From a virus (lineage: Duplodnaviria > Caudoviricetes), in the IMG/VR virus record IMGVR_UViG_3300020118_000126, positions 1 to 35,122 of that record: a stretch of DNA of 35,122 nt. The stretch is one strand, 5' to 3'. Numbering within the stretch: position 1 is the first letter of the stretch; each line of letters opens with the position of its first letter. The notes below the pieces were generated by a model, which saw only the letters and a list, made by a program, of their open reading frames with translations, did not search any database and was not told the DNA's origin. This document shows positions 17,799 through 26,192 of the stretch, in pieces. The translations under genes and the position numbers were made by a program.

Positions 17799-18857
17799 TT
17801 ATGGGGCGACCAGCACGGCAACGCTGCCGGGCGTGGTGGCATCGCCGAGGTCATGGGCAACTGCATCGAACCGCTCCGTGCAGAGCAGCCCCAGCTGGTC
17901 GGTGTCGAGATAGCGGTGATCGCTGCGCGCGATCGTCAGGCCACGCCGCTGGCCCAGCACCGTCGCGGCGTACAAGTCGCCGAACGCCAGCATGCCTTGC
18001 CCGGTCAGCGTGGTCGCGACCTGGGGCAGCTTCTGCGACATGATGATCGGGAAGCCGTTGAAATACGGGGTCGGGATGCCGTCGACTTCGCCGGTATAGA
18101 GGTAGCCGCCGCCGGCACCGGCCGCGAGGCGGGCGAAGGTCTGCGCGAAGCCGGTCACACTGACGAACCACGCCGCGCGCGCCATCGCGGAAGCGCGGAC
18201 CTTGGTCATCAGCAGGGAAAGGTCGGTGCCATCGAGCGTCGCGAAAGTGTTGTGCCCGGCCGCCGCGGTGACCTTCGCCGCGGCATGCGCGCCGTCGAGC
18301 ACGATCTGCATGATGCCGCGCATGCCGCCGAAGCCGGACGTTCCATCGCCGTTGAAGCCGCAATCGTCTTCCTTGGCTGCCAGTGTCCGGGCGATCTCGT
18401 TGGCGACGAAGTCGACGATATCGACGATCGAATCCTCGGCGAGCTCATTGGAGAGCGTGACGAGCGCGCCGAGCTTCTTCGCGGTGAGCGCGACGCCGTC
18501 CATGGCGGCGGCCGTCGACTGAGCGGTGCCGCCCTCGGCGATAAAATAGGCCGTGGTGCCGCCCGTGCGGCGCGGGAAGATCGAAGTGTCGGAGCCCATC
18601 GGCCAGACACAGGCGCGACGCCGGAGCGCGCCGTAGCTGTCGCGCAGATCGAGGATCGCGTTCTCAAGTTCGAGCGGCACCAGAAAACCGCCGGCGCTGC
18701 CGATACCCTCGGCCTGCGCCTTGGTGAACGTGACGCCCTTTTTGTCGCACCAGTCGCGCGAATCCTTGCGGCCGAACACGGTCGCAAGGATCCACTGGCC
18801 GGAGCGCTGATAATAAGCGTCGACCTCCGGACCGGACCCGGGAAAAGCTTTCTTCAT
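17799..18857 (-). CDS. Second HK97-fold capsid protein paralogue (352 aa, short N-terminus)
   Basis: Collinear with the 15238-16551 protein: SAGGFLVP, PMGSDT..PRR.GG, LTAKKLGAL, AAKEDDCGFNGDG.SGFGG.RG, RSDHRY...DQ.GLL.TERFD...HDLGD. AAGGA RBS. Confidence 0.92.
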   Translation of the reverse strand: MKKAFPGSGPEVDAYYQRSGQWILATVFGRKDSRDWCDKKGVTFTKAQAEGIGSAGGFLVPLELENAILDLRDSYGALRRRACVWPMGSDTSIFPRRTGGTTAYFIAEGGTAQSTAAAMDGVALTAKKLGALVTLSNELAEDSIVDIVDFVANEIARTLAAKEDDCGFNGDGTSGFGGMRGIMQIVLDGAHAAAKVTAAAGHNTFATLDGTDLSLLMTKVRASAMARAAWFVSVTGFAQTFARLAAGAGGGYLYTGEVDGIPTPYFNGFPIIMSQKLPQVATTLTGQGMLAFGDLYAATVLGQRRGLTIARSDHRYLDTDQLGLLCTERFDAVAHDLGDATTPGSVAVLVAP

Positions 18858-18871
18858 TCGCCGATCCTTGT

Positions 18872-20200
18872 TCAGTCGTCGCCGCCGACGTCATCGACCG
18901 CAGCGGGGTCGCCGCGGCCGCCCGCGGCTGGGGCGCCGCTGACATCGCTGCCGGGGCCGGATTCCTTGCCGCTCGGCTCGAAGCCGAGAGGGGCGATATT
19001 CGTCGCCTGGTAGAGCTTGTCGCCGAGCGGATCGTCTTCCCACCCGCCGCCCCATTTGGCCTCGGCCTGGCGCGCCTGGTTGGGCTTCATGAACGATCCG
19101 ACGATGCCGGTGCGGTACGTCTCGAAGCGCGCCTTCATGTCGGCGCGGAGAAGAACGGAGACATCGAACTGGACGAACTCGTCATCAGCGAGGTCGAAGG
19201 TGGTGAAGAGCTTCGATTCCCATCGGCCAATGTCGCCCGAGATCGGCCCGTTCATATATTCCTGGTCGAGCTGTTCGACCGTGGCGGTGTTCTTCGCCTC
19301 GGGCACGCCCAGCTTGTAGAGCGGCATCCGCCACAGTCGGGCGATCTCCTGGACCTGCATGCCGCGCGATGCGACGATCTCGGCGTCGCGCGCGCTCATG
19401 CCGAGCGGGGTCCATTTCAGGCCCTGCTCGAGCACGGCGGTTTCGCCGGCATTGCGCAGGCCTTGCTGACGCGCCTTCCATGCGGCCTTGAGCCGCTCGG
19501 CCGCGTCCTTCGTCAGCTTCTGGTCGGTGCTCAGCGTGCCGCCGAGGTTGGTGTTGTTCGCAGCGAGGCGCCCGGACAGTTCCTGCTGCGCCAGCGCGAG
19601 CCCAATCGATTCCCGCGCCAGGCTGATCCGCGAGGCGCCATAGAGCGAATTGTCGAGCGCCATCCAGCGGACATGCAGGATGTCCTCGGACGGAATCATC
19701 ATCGGCTCGTTGGCGAGGACGGCCATCTCGTGGAGTCCGCGCCGCGCGACCTGGTAGAACACCTCGCCGCCGGGCGCCTCGAAGATCCAGACGCGGTCGG
19801 GGTTGACCGGGATCAGGGACCGGGGCCGGCCGCGACCGTCGCGCAGGATCACCGCATAGGCATTGCCGCGGAGCAGCAGCGCGACCTGCATCTGCTCCAT
19901 GAACTCGAAGCGGCTCTGGAAGCCGTTCGGCCGCTGCAGCACAATCTCGAGCGGATGGTCGGTGAGCAGCTTGCGCTCGCCCTTCGGCAGGCGCCGGTAG
20001 ACGTGCGGCGGGAGCTTCGCGAAATCCTCGGCGCGGATCGACACGCACGCCATGACGGTCGAGACCTGCAGCGCCGTCAGCTGCGTGACGGCCATCCCGC
20101 CGGCGCTGACCGACGTCGGGCCATATTCGGCCCACCAGTCATCGATCGATCCAGCCTTCGCGCGCAGCGACGGTGCCGCCAGGCGGCTGAGGAACGCCAT
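18872..20200 (-). CDS. HK97-family portal protein
   Basis: ALQVSTVMACVSIRAEDFAKLP, RPNGFQS, LLLRGNAY, VLEQGLKW, KPNQARQAE. Confidence 0.95.
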   Translation of the reverse strand: MAFLSRLAAPSLRAKAGSIDDWWAEYGPTSVSAGGMAVTQLTALQVSTVMACVSIRAEDFAKLPPHVYRRLPKGERKLLTDHPLEIVLQRPNGFQSRFEFMEQMQVALLLRGNAYAVILRDGRGRPRSLIPVNPDRVWIFEAPGGEVFYQVARRGLHEMAVLANEPMMIPSEDILHVRWMALDNSLYGASRISLARESIGLALAQQELSGRLAANNTNLGGTLSTDQKLTKDAAERLKAAWKARQQGLRNAGETAVLEQGLKWTPLGMSARDAEIVASRGMQVQEIARLWRMPLYKLGVPEAKNTATVEQLDQEYMNGPISGDIGRWESKLFTTFDLADDEFVQFDVSVLLRADMKARFETYRTGIVGSFMKPNQARQAEAKWGGGWEDDPLGDKLYQATNIAPLGFEPSGKESGPGSDVSGAPAAGGRGDPAAVDDVGGDD

Positions 20201-20406
20201 TATTCAACGTCCTCGGGCGGCGCGGCCTTCCGGGCATAGAGCCACGCACCGGACAGCGTCATCAGGCCGCCGATAATGAAGGCAGCCGGCCGGAAGATCA
20301 GGTCGACCCCATGGACGATCGCGACAGCAGCCCCGAGGGCGGCTGCGTCCGCCGCCCATCCTGCGATGCGGGTTGCGCGGCTCGGGTTCGGCGTGGTGTC
20401 GGCCAT
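20200..20406 (-). CDS. Small two-TM membrane protein between TerL and portal
   Basis: GGAGG RBS; two hydrophobic segments; TAATG coupling to portal. Confidence 0.75.
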   Translation of the reverse strand: MADTTPNPSRATRIAGWAADAAALGAAVAIVHGVDLIFRPAAFIIGGLMTLSGAWLYARKAAPPEDVE

Positions 20407-20421
20407 GCTGAACCTCCTTGA

Positions 20422-22200
20422 TCACACGACCAGAAGGTCATGCTCTTCGTAGACAGAGCGACCGCTGTCGGGGTTGGTCGCCATCACCGTGACCGCGTTG
20501 AACAGCGCCATGGCGGGGTCGATCTTAGCGTCGCCGGCATTTTGCTTCGTCGCGCGGATCGCGGTTGCGGTGTTCTCGATCTTCAGGTTCGCGACGCACC
20601 AGTCCATCAAGGCCTGGTCGGCATGGAGCAGCGTGCCATTCGCCAGCTTCCGCTCAGCCGTCTTCAGCGCGTTCATCATCGCGTAGCCCTGAGGGGCACC
20701 GATGACGTAGTCGCTGCCGTGCTTCTGGTTGTCGACGGTGATGCCGACGTCGGCGAGGGCGTCGATCATTTCACCGAGACCAGCCGGATCAACCGCAACG
20801 CAGCAGAGCAGTCCCGCATCCTTGATGCGAACGATGATATTCACGATCGCGGCGACGTCAGCGGGGACCCCTTCGACCATCGCCCCGTTTTCGAGGAGGG
20901 TTAGTTCGCCGGCGCGCTCAAGGTCGCCGAGCTTCTCGACAATCGTTTTTCGGCGATCGAGGACGATCTTCGAAGCCCAGGCGTGGCTCCACGAGAGCCA
21001 TCGCTTGACGCGCTTCTTCCCGCCGACGACGTCCTGCGAGTCCTCTTCCGAAGCCGTCTCAGCCGCGACCTCGATCTCCTGAGGCTCTCGACCGAGAACG
21101 GTAACGCCGTAGAGATCGTCGAGGCCGCCGCCGTCGAGGCCGACGATAATCACTTCGCTGCGCTCGATTATAGCGTCGAGCGTGATCGCCGGATCGGCCT
21201 GGCGCTTCCAGAATTCGACACCGGCCCAGTTATCTGAGCGGGCACCCATGCCCGGCTCGATATTGAGCGACTTGGCGAAAAACCCGACGAGCGACTTCTG
21301 GCCTTCGCGCTTCGCTTCCTCATAATCGTCGAGCAGCGACTGCTCATCGACGGAGGCGCCCAGGTTCGGGTTCGGGATGTAGAAGTTCTTCGGGTCCTTA
21401 TAGGCCTCGGACTTCACCATCTCCGGCGGGAATTCGTAGAGAAAGCCCATCGACCGCGGCACGACGATTTTGCCGTCGCGGATATCCCGGAAGCGTTGAA
21501 GCCATTCGAGAAACACGCCCTCGGGCGGATCGTCCGCCTGCGTCGTCAACGCGATGACGAAGCCCTCGGGCCTGCTCTTGAGACCACCCATGGCCTCCCG
21601 CATCATGTTCCTGGCATTCGGGCGCTTGCCGAACAGCCAGAGCTCGTCGAACAGGACGCCGGTCGACTTGCCGCCCGCGACCGTCTCGGAGTCCGCAGCG
21701 AGGATCTTCAGCTGCGCGCCGGTGAAGCGGTGCTCGATCAGCCGCTGGTGTGCGACCGGCTTCAGTATCCGCTTGAGCTCGGGGTGCTCGGCGACGAAGT
21801 CCATCGCCGGCTCGGCCGAGTTCTTCGCGACCTCGATCGTCGGCGCGATAATCGTATATTGAGCAGAGTGGCGCTCGTTGCGCATCAACTCGGTGAGCAT
21901 GATGCCCGCGGCGCGGGTCGACTTCGTGTTCTTCTTCGCGATCAGCTCGAAGAACTTGTTGATCTCGCGGCGCCCCGTCTCCGGGTTGTACGACCCAAAC
22001 ACGGCGCGCGGCAGATCGAAGGTCCAGTCGCGCCCGACATCGCCGAAGGTCGGCTTGCCGATCATGTCGACGATCGGCAGATCCTTGAAGATCGCCAGCC
22101 CGGCCTCAGCCTCCTCCGGGAACAGCGGCTCGCACGGCATCAGCGACCGGCGAGCGATGATTCTTTCCTTCCAGTCGGGGCAGGCGGTCGACCACTCCAT
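20422..22200 (-). CDS. terL: Terminase large subunit
   Basis: Walker A-like IAKKNTKST, Walker B VLFDELW, nuclease GLDGGGLDDL and KIDPAMA. Confidence 0.95.
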   Translation of the reverse strand: MEWSTACPDWKERIIARRSLMPCEPLFPEEAEAGLAIFKDLPIVDMIGKPTFGDVGRDWTFDLPRAVFGSYNPETGRREINKFFELIAKKNTKSTRAAGIMLTELMRNERHSAQYTIIAPTIEVAKNSAEPAMDFVAEHPELKRILKPVAHQRLIEHRFTGAQLKILAADSETVAGGKSTGVLFDELWLFGKRPNARNMMREAMGGLKSRPEGFVIALTTQADDPPEGVFLEWLQRFRDIRDGKIVVPRSMGFLYEFPPEMVKSEAYKDPKNFYIPNPNLGASVDEQSLLDDYEEAKREGQKSLVGFFAKSLNIEPGMGARSDNWAGVEFWKRQADPAITLDAIIERSEVIIVGLDGGGLDDLYGVTVLGREPQEIEVAAETASEEDSQDVVGGKKRVKRWLSWSHAWASKIVLDRRKTIVEKLGDLERAGELTLLENGAMVEGVPADVAAIVNIIVRIKDAGLLCCVAVDPAGLGEMIDALADVGITVDNQKHGSDYVIGAPQGYAMMNALKTAERKLANGTLLHADQALMDWCVANLKIENTATAIRATKQNAGDAKIDPAMALFNAVTVMATNPDSGRSVYEEHDLLVV

Positions 22201-22805
22201 CAGCCGGCCTTGACCGGCTTGCCGTTGGCGGTCGCCAGGCGCGGCGCGGCGCGCGGAGCGAACTTGCTGCCCTGGGTGACGACTGCCTCGGCGTCGGCCT
22301 TCGCGGCGGCCTTCTTGCCAACATATGCGGCACCGAGCGCCGGGCCACCTTCGCCCGCATCGACGGCCTGGGTCAGTGCCTCGAGCTTATTCGTCGCCCC
22401 GACGGTGCCGGCGCGCATCTGGACGTCCAGCTGGTCGAGGACCTTCGCCCGGTAGACCGCGCTGCCGATCTCGATCTCCCTGCGAAAATCAGACCTGAAG
22501 GTTTCGAAATCCGCTTCGGCCTCATAGCCCAGCACATAGGCAACCTGTTGCAGCGGCATCTTGCAGCCGACGTACCGCTTGACCTTCTCGCGCTGCTCAT
22601 CGGTGACCTTGCGGGCTGGCGTTTCCGCCTCACGCGATTTCTTGGCGGAAAAAATCTCCTCCCGAAAATATTTCCTGAAGGTCGGCAGCGAGTAGCCGAA
22701 CAGCTTCGCGAGGTCACTGATCGGAGCCTTATCCGCCAGTAATTCCGTCACTTTCTTGCGGTCCGCCTTCGTCGGGGCCTTCGTTGGTCGGCCGGCTTTT
22801 GCCAT
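22200..22805 (-). CDS. terS: Terminase small subunit (tandem HTH)
   Basis: TGATG-coupled to terL; MAKAGRP start; two HTH-like repeats; YVGKK and SKFAPRAAPRL tail. Confidence 0.8.
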   Translation of the reverse strand: MAKAGRPTKAPTKADRKKVTELLADKAPISDLAKLFGYSLPTFRKYFREEIFSAKKSREAETPARKVTDEQREKVKRYVGCKMPLQQVAYVLGYEAEADFETFRSDFRREIEIGSAVYRAKVLDQLDVQMRAGTVGATNKLEALTQAVDAGEGGPALGAAYVGKKAAAKADAEAVVTQGSKFAPRAAPRLATANGKPVKAG

Positions 22806-23025
22806 GGGTCAGAGCCCCCGAATTATTTTCAGTCACCCTCGCAAATTGAGCGCCGGGAAAATGTGGGACAGAAAAAATCTGCGCGTGTGGACCAATGCGG
22901 TAGACGGAAAGGCTCGCCGGCGGGCCGCGAACCCCCTAGGGGTTGGCACGGTCCTTGCCGGCGAGCCTTGCTCGTTTGTTGCTTGTGAGCGCAATATTAT
23001 TGCGCATCGTGGCTCTCGCAGCGTG
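22806..23025. other. Probable cos/packaging-initiation region with long inverted repeats
   Basis: Non-coding gap between HNH and terS, where cos lies in HK97-like phages. 13-bp IR AAGGCTCGCCGGC 22909-22921 / 22957-22969; palindrome GCGCAATA-T-TATTGCGC 22989-23005. Confidence 0.5.
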
Positions 23026-23364
23026 TCAGCGTCGTGCAGCGCGGGCCTTGGCTGTCTTCGCACCGTGGTGGGAGCCGCAAAGGCACTTGCCATTGTCTAC
23101 ATCGTACAGCGAGCCGCCATCGCGCACTTCGACCTTGTGGTCAGCGAACATGCGATGGCGGGGCTCAGCCTTCGTGCAGCGCTTGCCGTTGGCAGCCTCT
23201 TCGCACTGCCGGCCAGCGCGCGCGATCACCGCTTCGCGCCAGGCCTTGAACTCAGGGGTGCTATAGATCGGCAGCGCCTTCTTCGGTGGCACGCCTACGC
23301 GGCGCATGTCAGCCGTAGCTAGGCGGTTGCCCAAGGTCGGCAGGCGAGGGCGGTTACTGTCCAC
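23026..23364 (-). CDS. HNH endonuclease (terminase-associated, HK97 gp74-like)
   Basis: QCE...RC, ADHKVEVRDGG...NGKCLCGSHHGAKT; just upstream of terS. Confidence 0.88.
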   Translation of the reverse strand: MDSNRPRLPTLGNRLATADMRRVGVPPKKALPIYSTPEFKAWREAVIARAGRQCEEAANGKRCTKAEPRHRMFADHKVEVRDGGSLYDVDNGKCLCGSHHGAKTAKARAARR

Positions 23365-23530
23365 GAAAGGCGGTCCATACAGCCTTGGCGATACGTTCGC
23401 CCTCAGCGATCAGCGTATTGGCGCGGGTGATCGAGTGCGACGGCTGGTCGACGGCCTCGGCGAGCGTATAGAGCTCGTCGGCAAGGCGACGCAGCCGATC
23501 GCCGCGCATAACCTGCGTTGCCTGAGCCAT
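23354..23530 (-). CDS. Hypothetical 58-aa helical protein (not in ORF track)
   Basis: ATG 23530: MAQATQVMRGDRLRRLADELYTLAEAVDQPSHSITRANTLIAEGERIAKAVWTAFRGQ*. Confidence 0.6.
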   Translation of the reverse strand: MAQATQVMRGDRLRRLADELYTLAEAVDQPSHSITRANTLIAEGERIAKAVWTAFRGQ

Positions 23531-23551
23531 GGCCCGTGTCCCGTATTTCAG

Positions 23552-23580
23552 AAACTAAAATAGCCCACTGACGCGGGCCT
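23552..23580 (-). terminator. Intrinsic terminator between the NusG-like gene and the late genes
   Basis: - strand GCCCGC-GTCA-GTGGGC followed by TATTTTAGTTT. Confidence 0.6.
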
Positions 23581-23635
23581 TTTGCGACGGTGCCCGCGGG
23601 AACATTGCCCGCCAATCGACAGCGTCGAGAGCCGC

Positions 23636-24307
23636 TCATGCGGCGATAGCTGCGCTGTTTACATCAAACGGAGACAACTGCCAAGCCTCTATCGTCCAAG
23701 CGAATCCGCCCCCGAACGACACTTTCGCTGCGGTGCCGTTGCTGCTCTCGATAACGCCGGTCATGCCCGCCATCGACGAGCTCTCCCGCACGACTACCTG
23801 TTGCCCTGGCGTGAAGTCAGCGCGGATGGTGCGCAGCGCCTTGCGCCGCGCTCGCTCGGTCTGCATCAGCGCAATCCGTTCGCGTCGGCGCTCTTCCCGG
23901 GTTTCACATTCGCGCAGCCGCTCAAGCAATTCGATGGCCCGGCGCTCCTCCTCCTGGAGGCCCGCGACATCGCGATCGCTGACCAGCGGCACTCGGCCAG
24001 CGAAGTGGAAGATCGAAAAGGCCGGATGTTCGCGGGACTCGGCGCCGACCAATGTCGCCAGTTCGGGAAGAAGGTGGCCCCGGGCGAAAACGAACGTCGG
24101 CAGGATCGGTGACGCCACCTCGACCATGGGACGACGTTCGCCCTTCCTGATTTTCACGCCGCGCTTTGGCTGCTTTGTGATGCGCCGCGGCGTCCATGCT
24201 TCCAGGCCTGCAGCACACAGCGATGTCGCGAGATCGAGCGTCTTCCCGCCTGAGGTGCGAAGAATGCACCAGCGGGACGATGGGACATCGATAGGGCTAT
24301 GCATCAT
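23636..24307 (-). CDS. NusG-family (NGN + KOW) transcription antiterminator, probable late-gene activator
   Basis: WCILRT...LEAWTP, PILPTFVFAR, KOW-like FTPGQQVVVRESSSMAGMTGVI. Occupies the lambda Q position. Start ATG 24307 after GGGGAG. Confidence 0.82.
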   Translation of the reverse strand: MMHSPIDVPSSRWCILRTSGGKTLDLATSLCAAGLEAWTPRRITKQPKRGVKIRKGERRPMVEVASPILPTFVFARGHLLPELATLVGAESREHPAFSIFHFAGRVPLVSDRDVAGLQEEERRAIELLERLRECETREERRRERIALMQTERARRKALRTIRADFTPGQQVVVRESSSMAGMTGVIESSNGTAAKVSFGGGFAWTIEAWQLSPFDVNSAAIAA

Positions 24308-24381
24308 CAGGGCTCCCCGGACGCCACACCCCGGGGCGTCGTTCCCTATCTGTGCCGTGATGATCAGGGCTCGCATAGTTG

Positions 24382-24696
24382 CTATTTCGTAACGCGGGGA
24401 GAGATTGCGCGGCGGAGCTCGCCATCGATATTCCAGCCCTCGCGCCGAAGGATCGACACGGCCCGGTCGATGTCGCCGGGGAACGACAGGCCGCGCGGGC
24501 AGCGCTTCCTTCGCACCAATCGGCCCGCGGCGACCAGTTCGTCGAGTGCGCGGCTCACGCGCGGCTTGGTCGACCCGACATGCAGGGCGATCTCGTTGAG
24601 GCTCGGCGACACGTCGTGCGCCAGTATAAAGGCGCGCACGAACGACACGATGCGGACCTTGATGCTGGTCGATGGGGGAATGTCGACGGCGCTCAT
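24382..24696 (-). CDS. LexA DNA-binding-domain-like winged-HTH protein (no peptidase domain)
   Basis: IVSFVRAFILAHDVSPSLNEIALHVG...VSRALDELVAAGRLVR...PRGL; ATGA overlap at 24693-24696. Confidence 0.75.
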   Translation of the reverse strand: MSAVDIPPSTSIKVRIVSFVRAFILAHDVSPSLNEIALHVGSTKPRVSRALDELVAAGRLVRRKRCPRGLSFPGDIDRAVSILRREGWNIDGELRRAISPRVTK

Positions 24697-24965
24697 GCGA
24701 CGAGGCCGGCGGTGCGGCGGGCGATGAACGCCTCGAACTCTTCTATCGACCCCGCCTCGTAAATCGCGCTGTCGATCACTTCCTGGTCGCTCCTGATCCA
24801 GGGCTGCGATCCGCCCATGGCGACGTCCCACTGCGTTTTGGGTCGGGTGACCTTCCAGCACCCCTCGCCGAACGCTACGATGGGGGTGGTGTTGAGGTAG
24901 CAGCTGTTGAGATACTCGACGGCAAGCTTTGCGCGCTCACCGAGATATGGGGTCGTGGCGTTCAT
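24693..24965 (-). CDS. Hypothetical protein (90 aa)
   Basis: ATGA coupling at both ends. Confidence 0.65.
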   Translation of the reverse strand: MNATTPYLGERAKLAVEYLNSCYLNTTPIVAFGEGCWKVTRPKTQWDVAMGGSQPWIRSDQEVIDSAIYEAGSIEEFEAFIARRTAGLVA

Positions 24966-25633
24966 GCGGCTTCAGCCTCGGTCGTAACGTCGCCATGAAG
25001 CGCGCGGCGCAAATCCTCTTCCGCGAAACTGCCCAGCTTCAGCCCCATGGCCTTGAGGTCCGGCCAGGAAGGCAGCTTCGCCATGGCGCGGATCTCGTCA
25101 TCGGTCGGCGCCCGCTCATCCCCCGCCGGCGGCAGGGCGGCCGGGGGGTTCAACGCGCGCTCGATCTCGGTCCGATGACGACGCAGCGCCAGCATCAGCG
25201 TATTGCGCTCGGCGAGCAGTTCCACGGCGATCTCCCGGATCGCCGGCTCGATGTCGCCGATGAAGCGATATGCGCGATGAATCGCGCGCTTCGTTGCGGT
25301 GAGCGAGATCATCGCCGGCAGGTCGCTCAGCGCTTCCCACATCGCTTTGCGCCATTCGATCGTTTCGCCGGGGCGAGCGGTTGGGAGCGCCTTTACGGCC
25401 AGGCGGCGTAGGCGCTCGTCGAGGGCGGTTTCCCATTCCTTTCGGGCTGGCCCAGTCGGAACGGGTCGCAAATCGTGCTCGACCTTGGCGATAGCTGCGT
25501 CGAGGCACATCGGTGCGTCATTGCCGAGCTTGATAGCCAGCTCCCTCGTCGTCGAGGGATGCAGGCTCAACACCCTCCATGCCTGGGCGAGCTGCCCAGC
25601 CGCTGGGTCGGTCGTCGCGATGTCGTTGGCCAT
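24962..25633 (-). CDS. Hypothetical replication-module protein (lambda P position; possible helicase loader/inhibitor)
   Basis: Overlaps the 3' end of the initiator gene; EWRKAMWEALSDLP helical core. Function inferred from position only. Confidence 0.6.
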   Translation of the reverse strand: MANDIATTDPAAGQLAQAWRVLSLHPSTTRELAIKLGNDAPMCLDAAIAKVEHDLRPVPTGPARKEWETALDERLRRLAVKALPTARPGETIEWRKAMWEALSDLPAMISLTATKRAIHRAYRFIGDIEPAIREIAVELLAERNTLMLALRRHRTEIERALNPPAALPPAGDERAPTDDEIRAMAKLPSWPDLKAMGLKLGSFAEEDLRRALHGDVTTEAEAA

Positions 25634-26192
25634 TGGCGTTTTCCGAAATCTTGGTGAGCCATTTCGTCTCGAAGCTAAGCCAGCCCCGTTCGATTATCGT
25701 GTCGATGATCCGGCCGGGCGGCCACTCGTCGGTCGCTTCCCTCGCCAGCTTGCCGATGAGCAGGTGATAGGCTCGGTCAGCGAGCGGGTTCCGCTTCGCC
25801 TTCCGGTGATCGATAAACCCAGACCACTGCTCGCCAGACACCCCGGGAGGGGGCGGCATCGACTTCGGCCAGCGGAGCTTCGGACCGGCCTCACGTGCGG
25901 TCGCGTGATTCACATCCGGGTGGGGGAGCGGGAGTGGGGTTATTTGAGGGGTTTGGGGAGAAAGAAGGGGAGAGGGAGAGGGGGCGGGTTCGTCACGGTC
26001 AACGTCACGCGTGACGTCACGCGTGACGGTAGCGGCCTGCGCCTCTGCCTTAAGTGCATCCCGACGGCGTTGCTGACGTGCCGCCGCAGTCGGGTCGCGG
26101 CGCACTTCGAGCGCTTCAGCTATCTCAGCGATATCCGATGCTGATAGGCCTTTGTCGGCCATCAGGCGCAAAGCCGCGGCGGTCAGGCTCAT
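25518..26192 (-). CDS. Replication initiator (lambda O-like organisation), 224 aa
   Basis: ATG 26192 (MSLTAAALRLMADKGLS); AARQQRRR, repeat-coded VTRDVTRD linker, C-terminal WSGFIDHRKAKRNPL...IIERGWLSF. Confidence 0.75.
   Translation of the reverse strand: MSLTAAALRLMADKGLSASDIAEIAEALEVRRDPTAAARQQRRRDALKAEAQAATVTRDVTRDVDRDEPAPSPSPLLSPQTPQITPLPLPHPDVNHATAREAGPKLRWPKSMPPPPGVSGEQWSGFIDHRKAKRNPLADRAYHLLIGKLAREATDEWPPGRIIDTIIERGWLSFETKWLTKISENANGQRHRDDRPSGWAARPGMEGVEPASLDDEGAGYQARQ
25920..26028. repeat. Probable replication origin: palindromic iterons plus purine-skewed tract
   Basis: 26-bp perfect palindrome CGTCACGCGTGACGTCACGCGTGACG 26003-26028, half-site CGTCACG 25991-25997, adjacent G/A-rich tract ~25920-25990, all inside the initiator gene. 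Confidence 0.7.

Noticed and set aside
17799-18857. Capsid B as a pseudogene or assembly duplication
   Set aside because: Intact frame, RBS, conserved motif blocks and extensive divergence from capsid A argue for a maintained paralogue.
15292-19013. Long + strand ORFs (494 aa, 563 aa) and similar ones across the late region
   Set aside because: Antisense shadows of GC3-rich structural genes; no motifs, RBS or coupling.
1181-22805. Gene transfer agent cluster
   Set aside because: The tail-tip genes are GTA-like, but the linked HNH, replication and immunity modules and the 1002-aa tape measure indicate a true temperate phage.
25991-26028. CRISPR-like or transposon-end repeat
   Set aside because: Only two 12-bp units with no spacers, inside the initiator gene; fits iterons.
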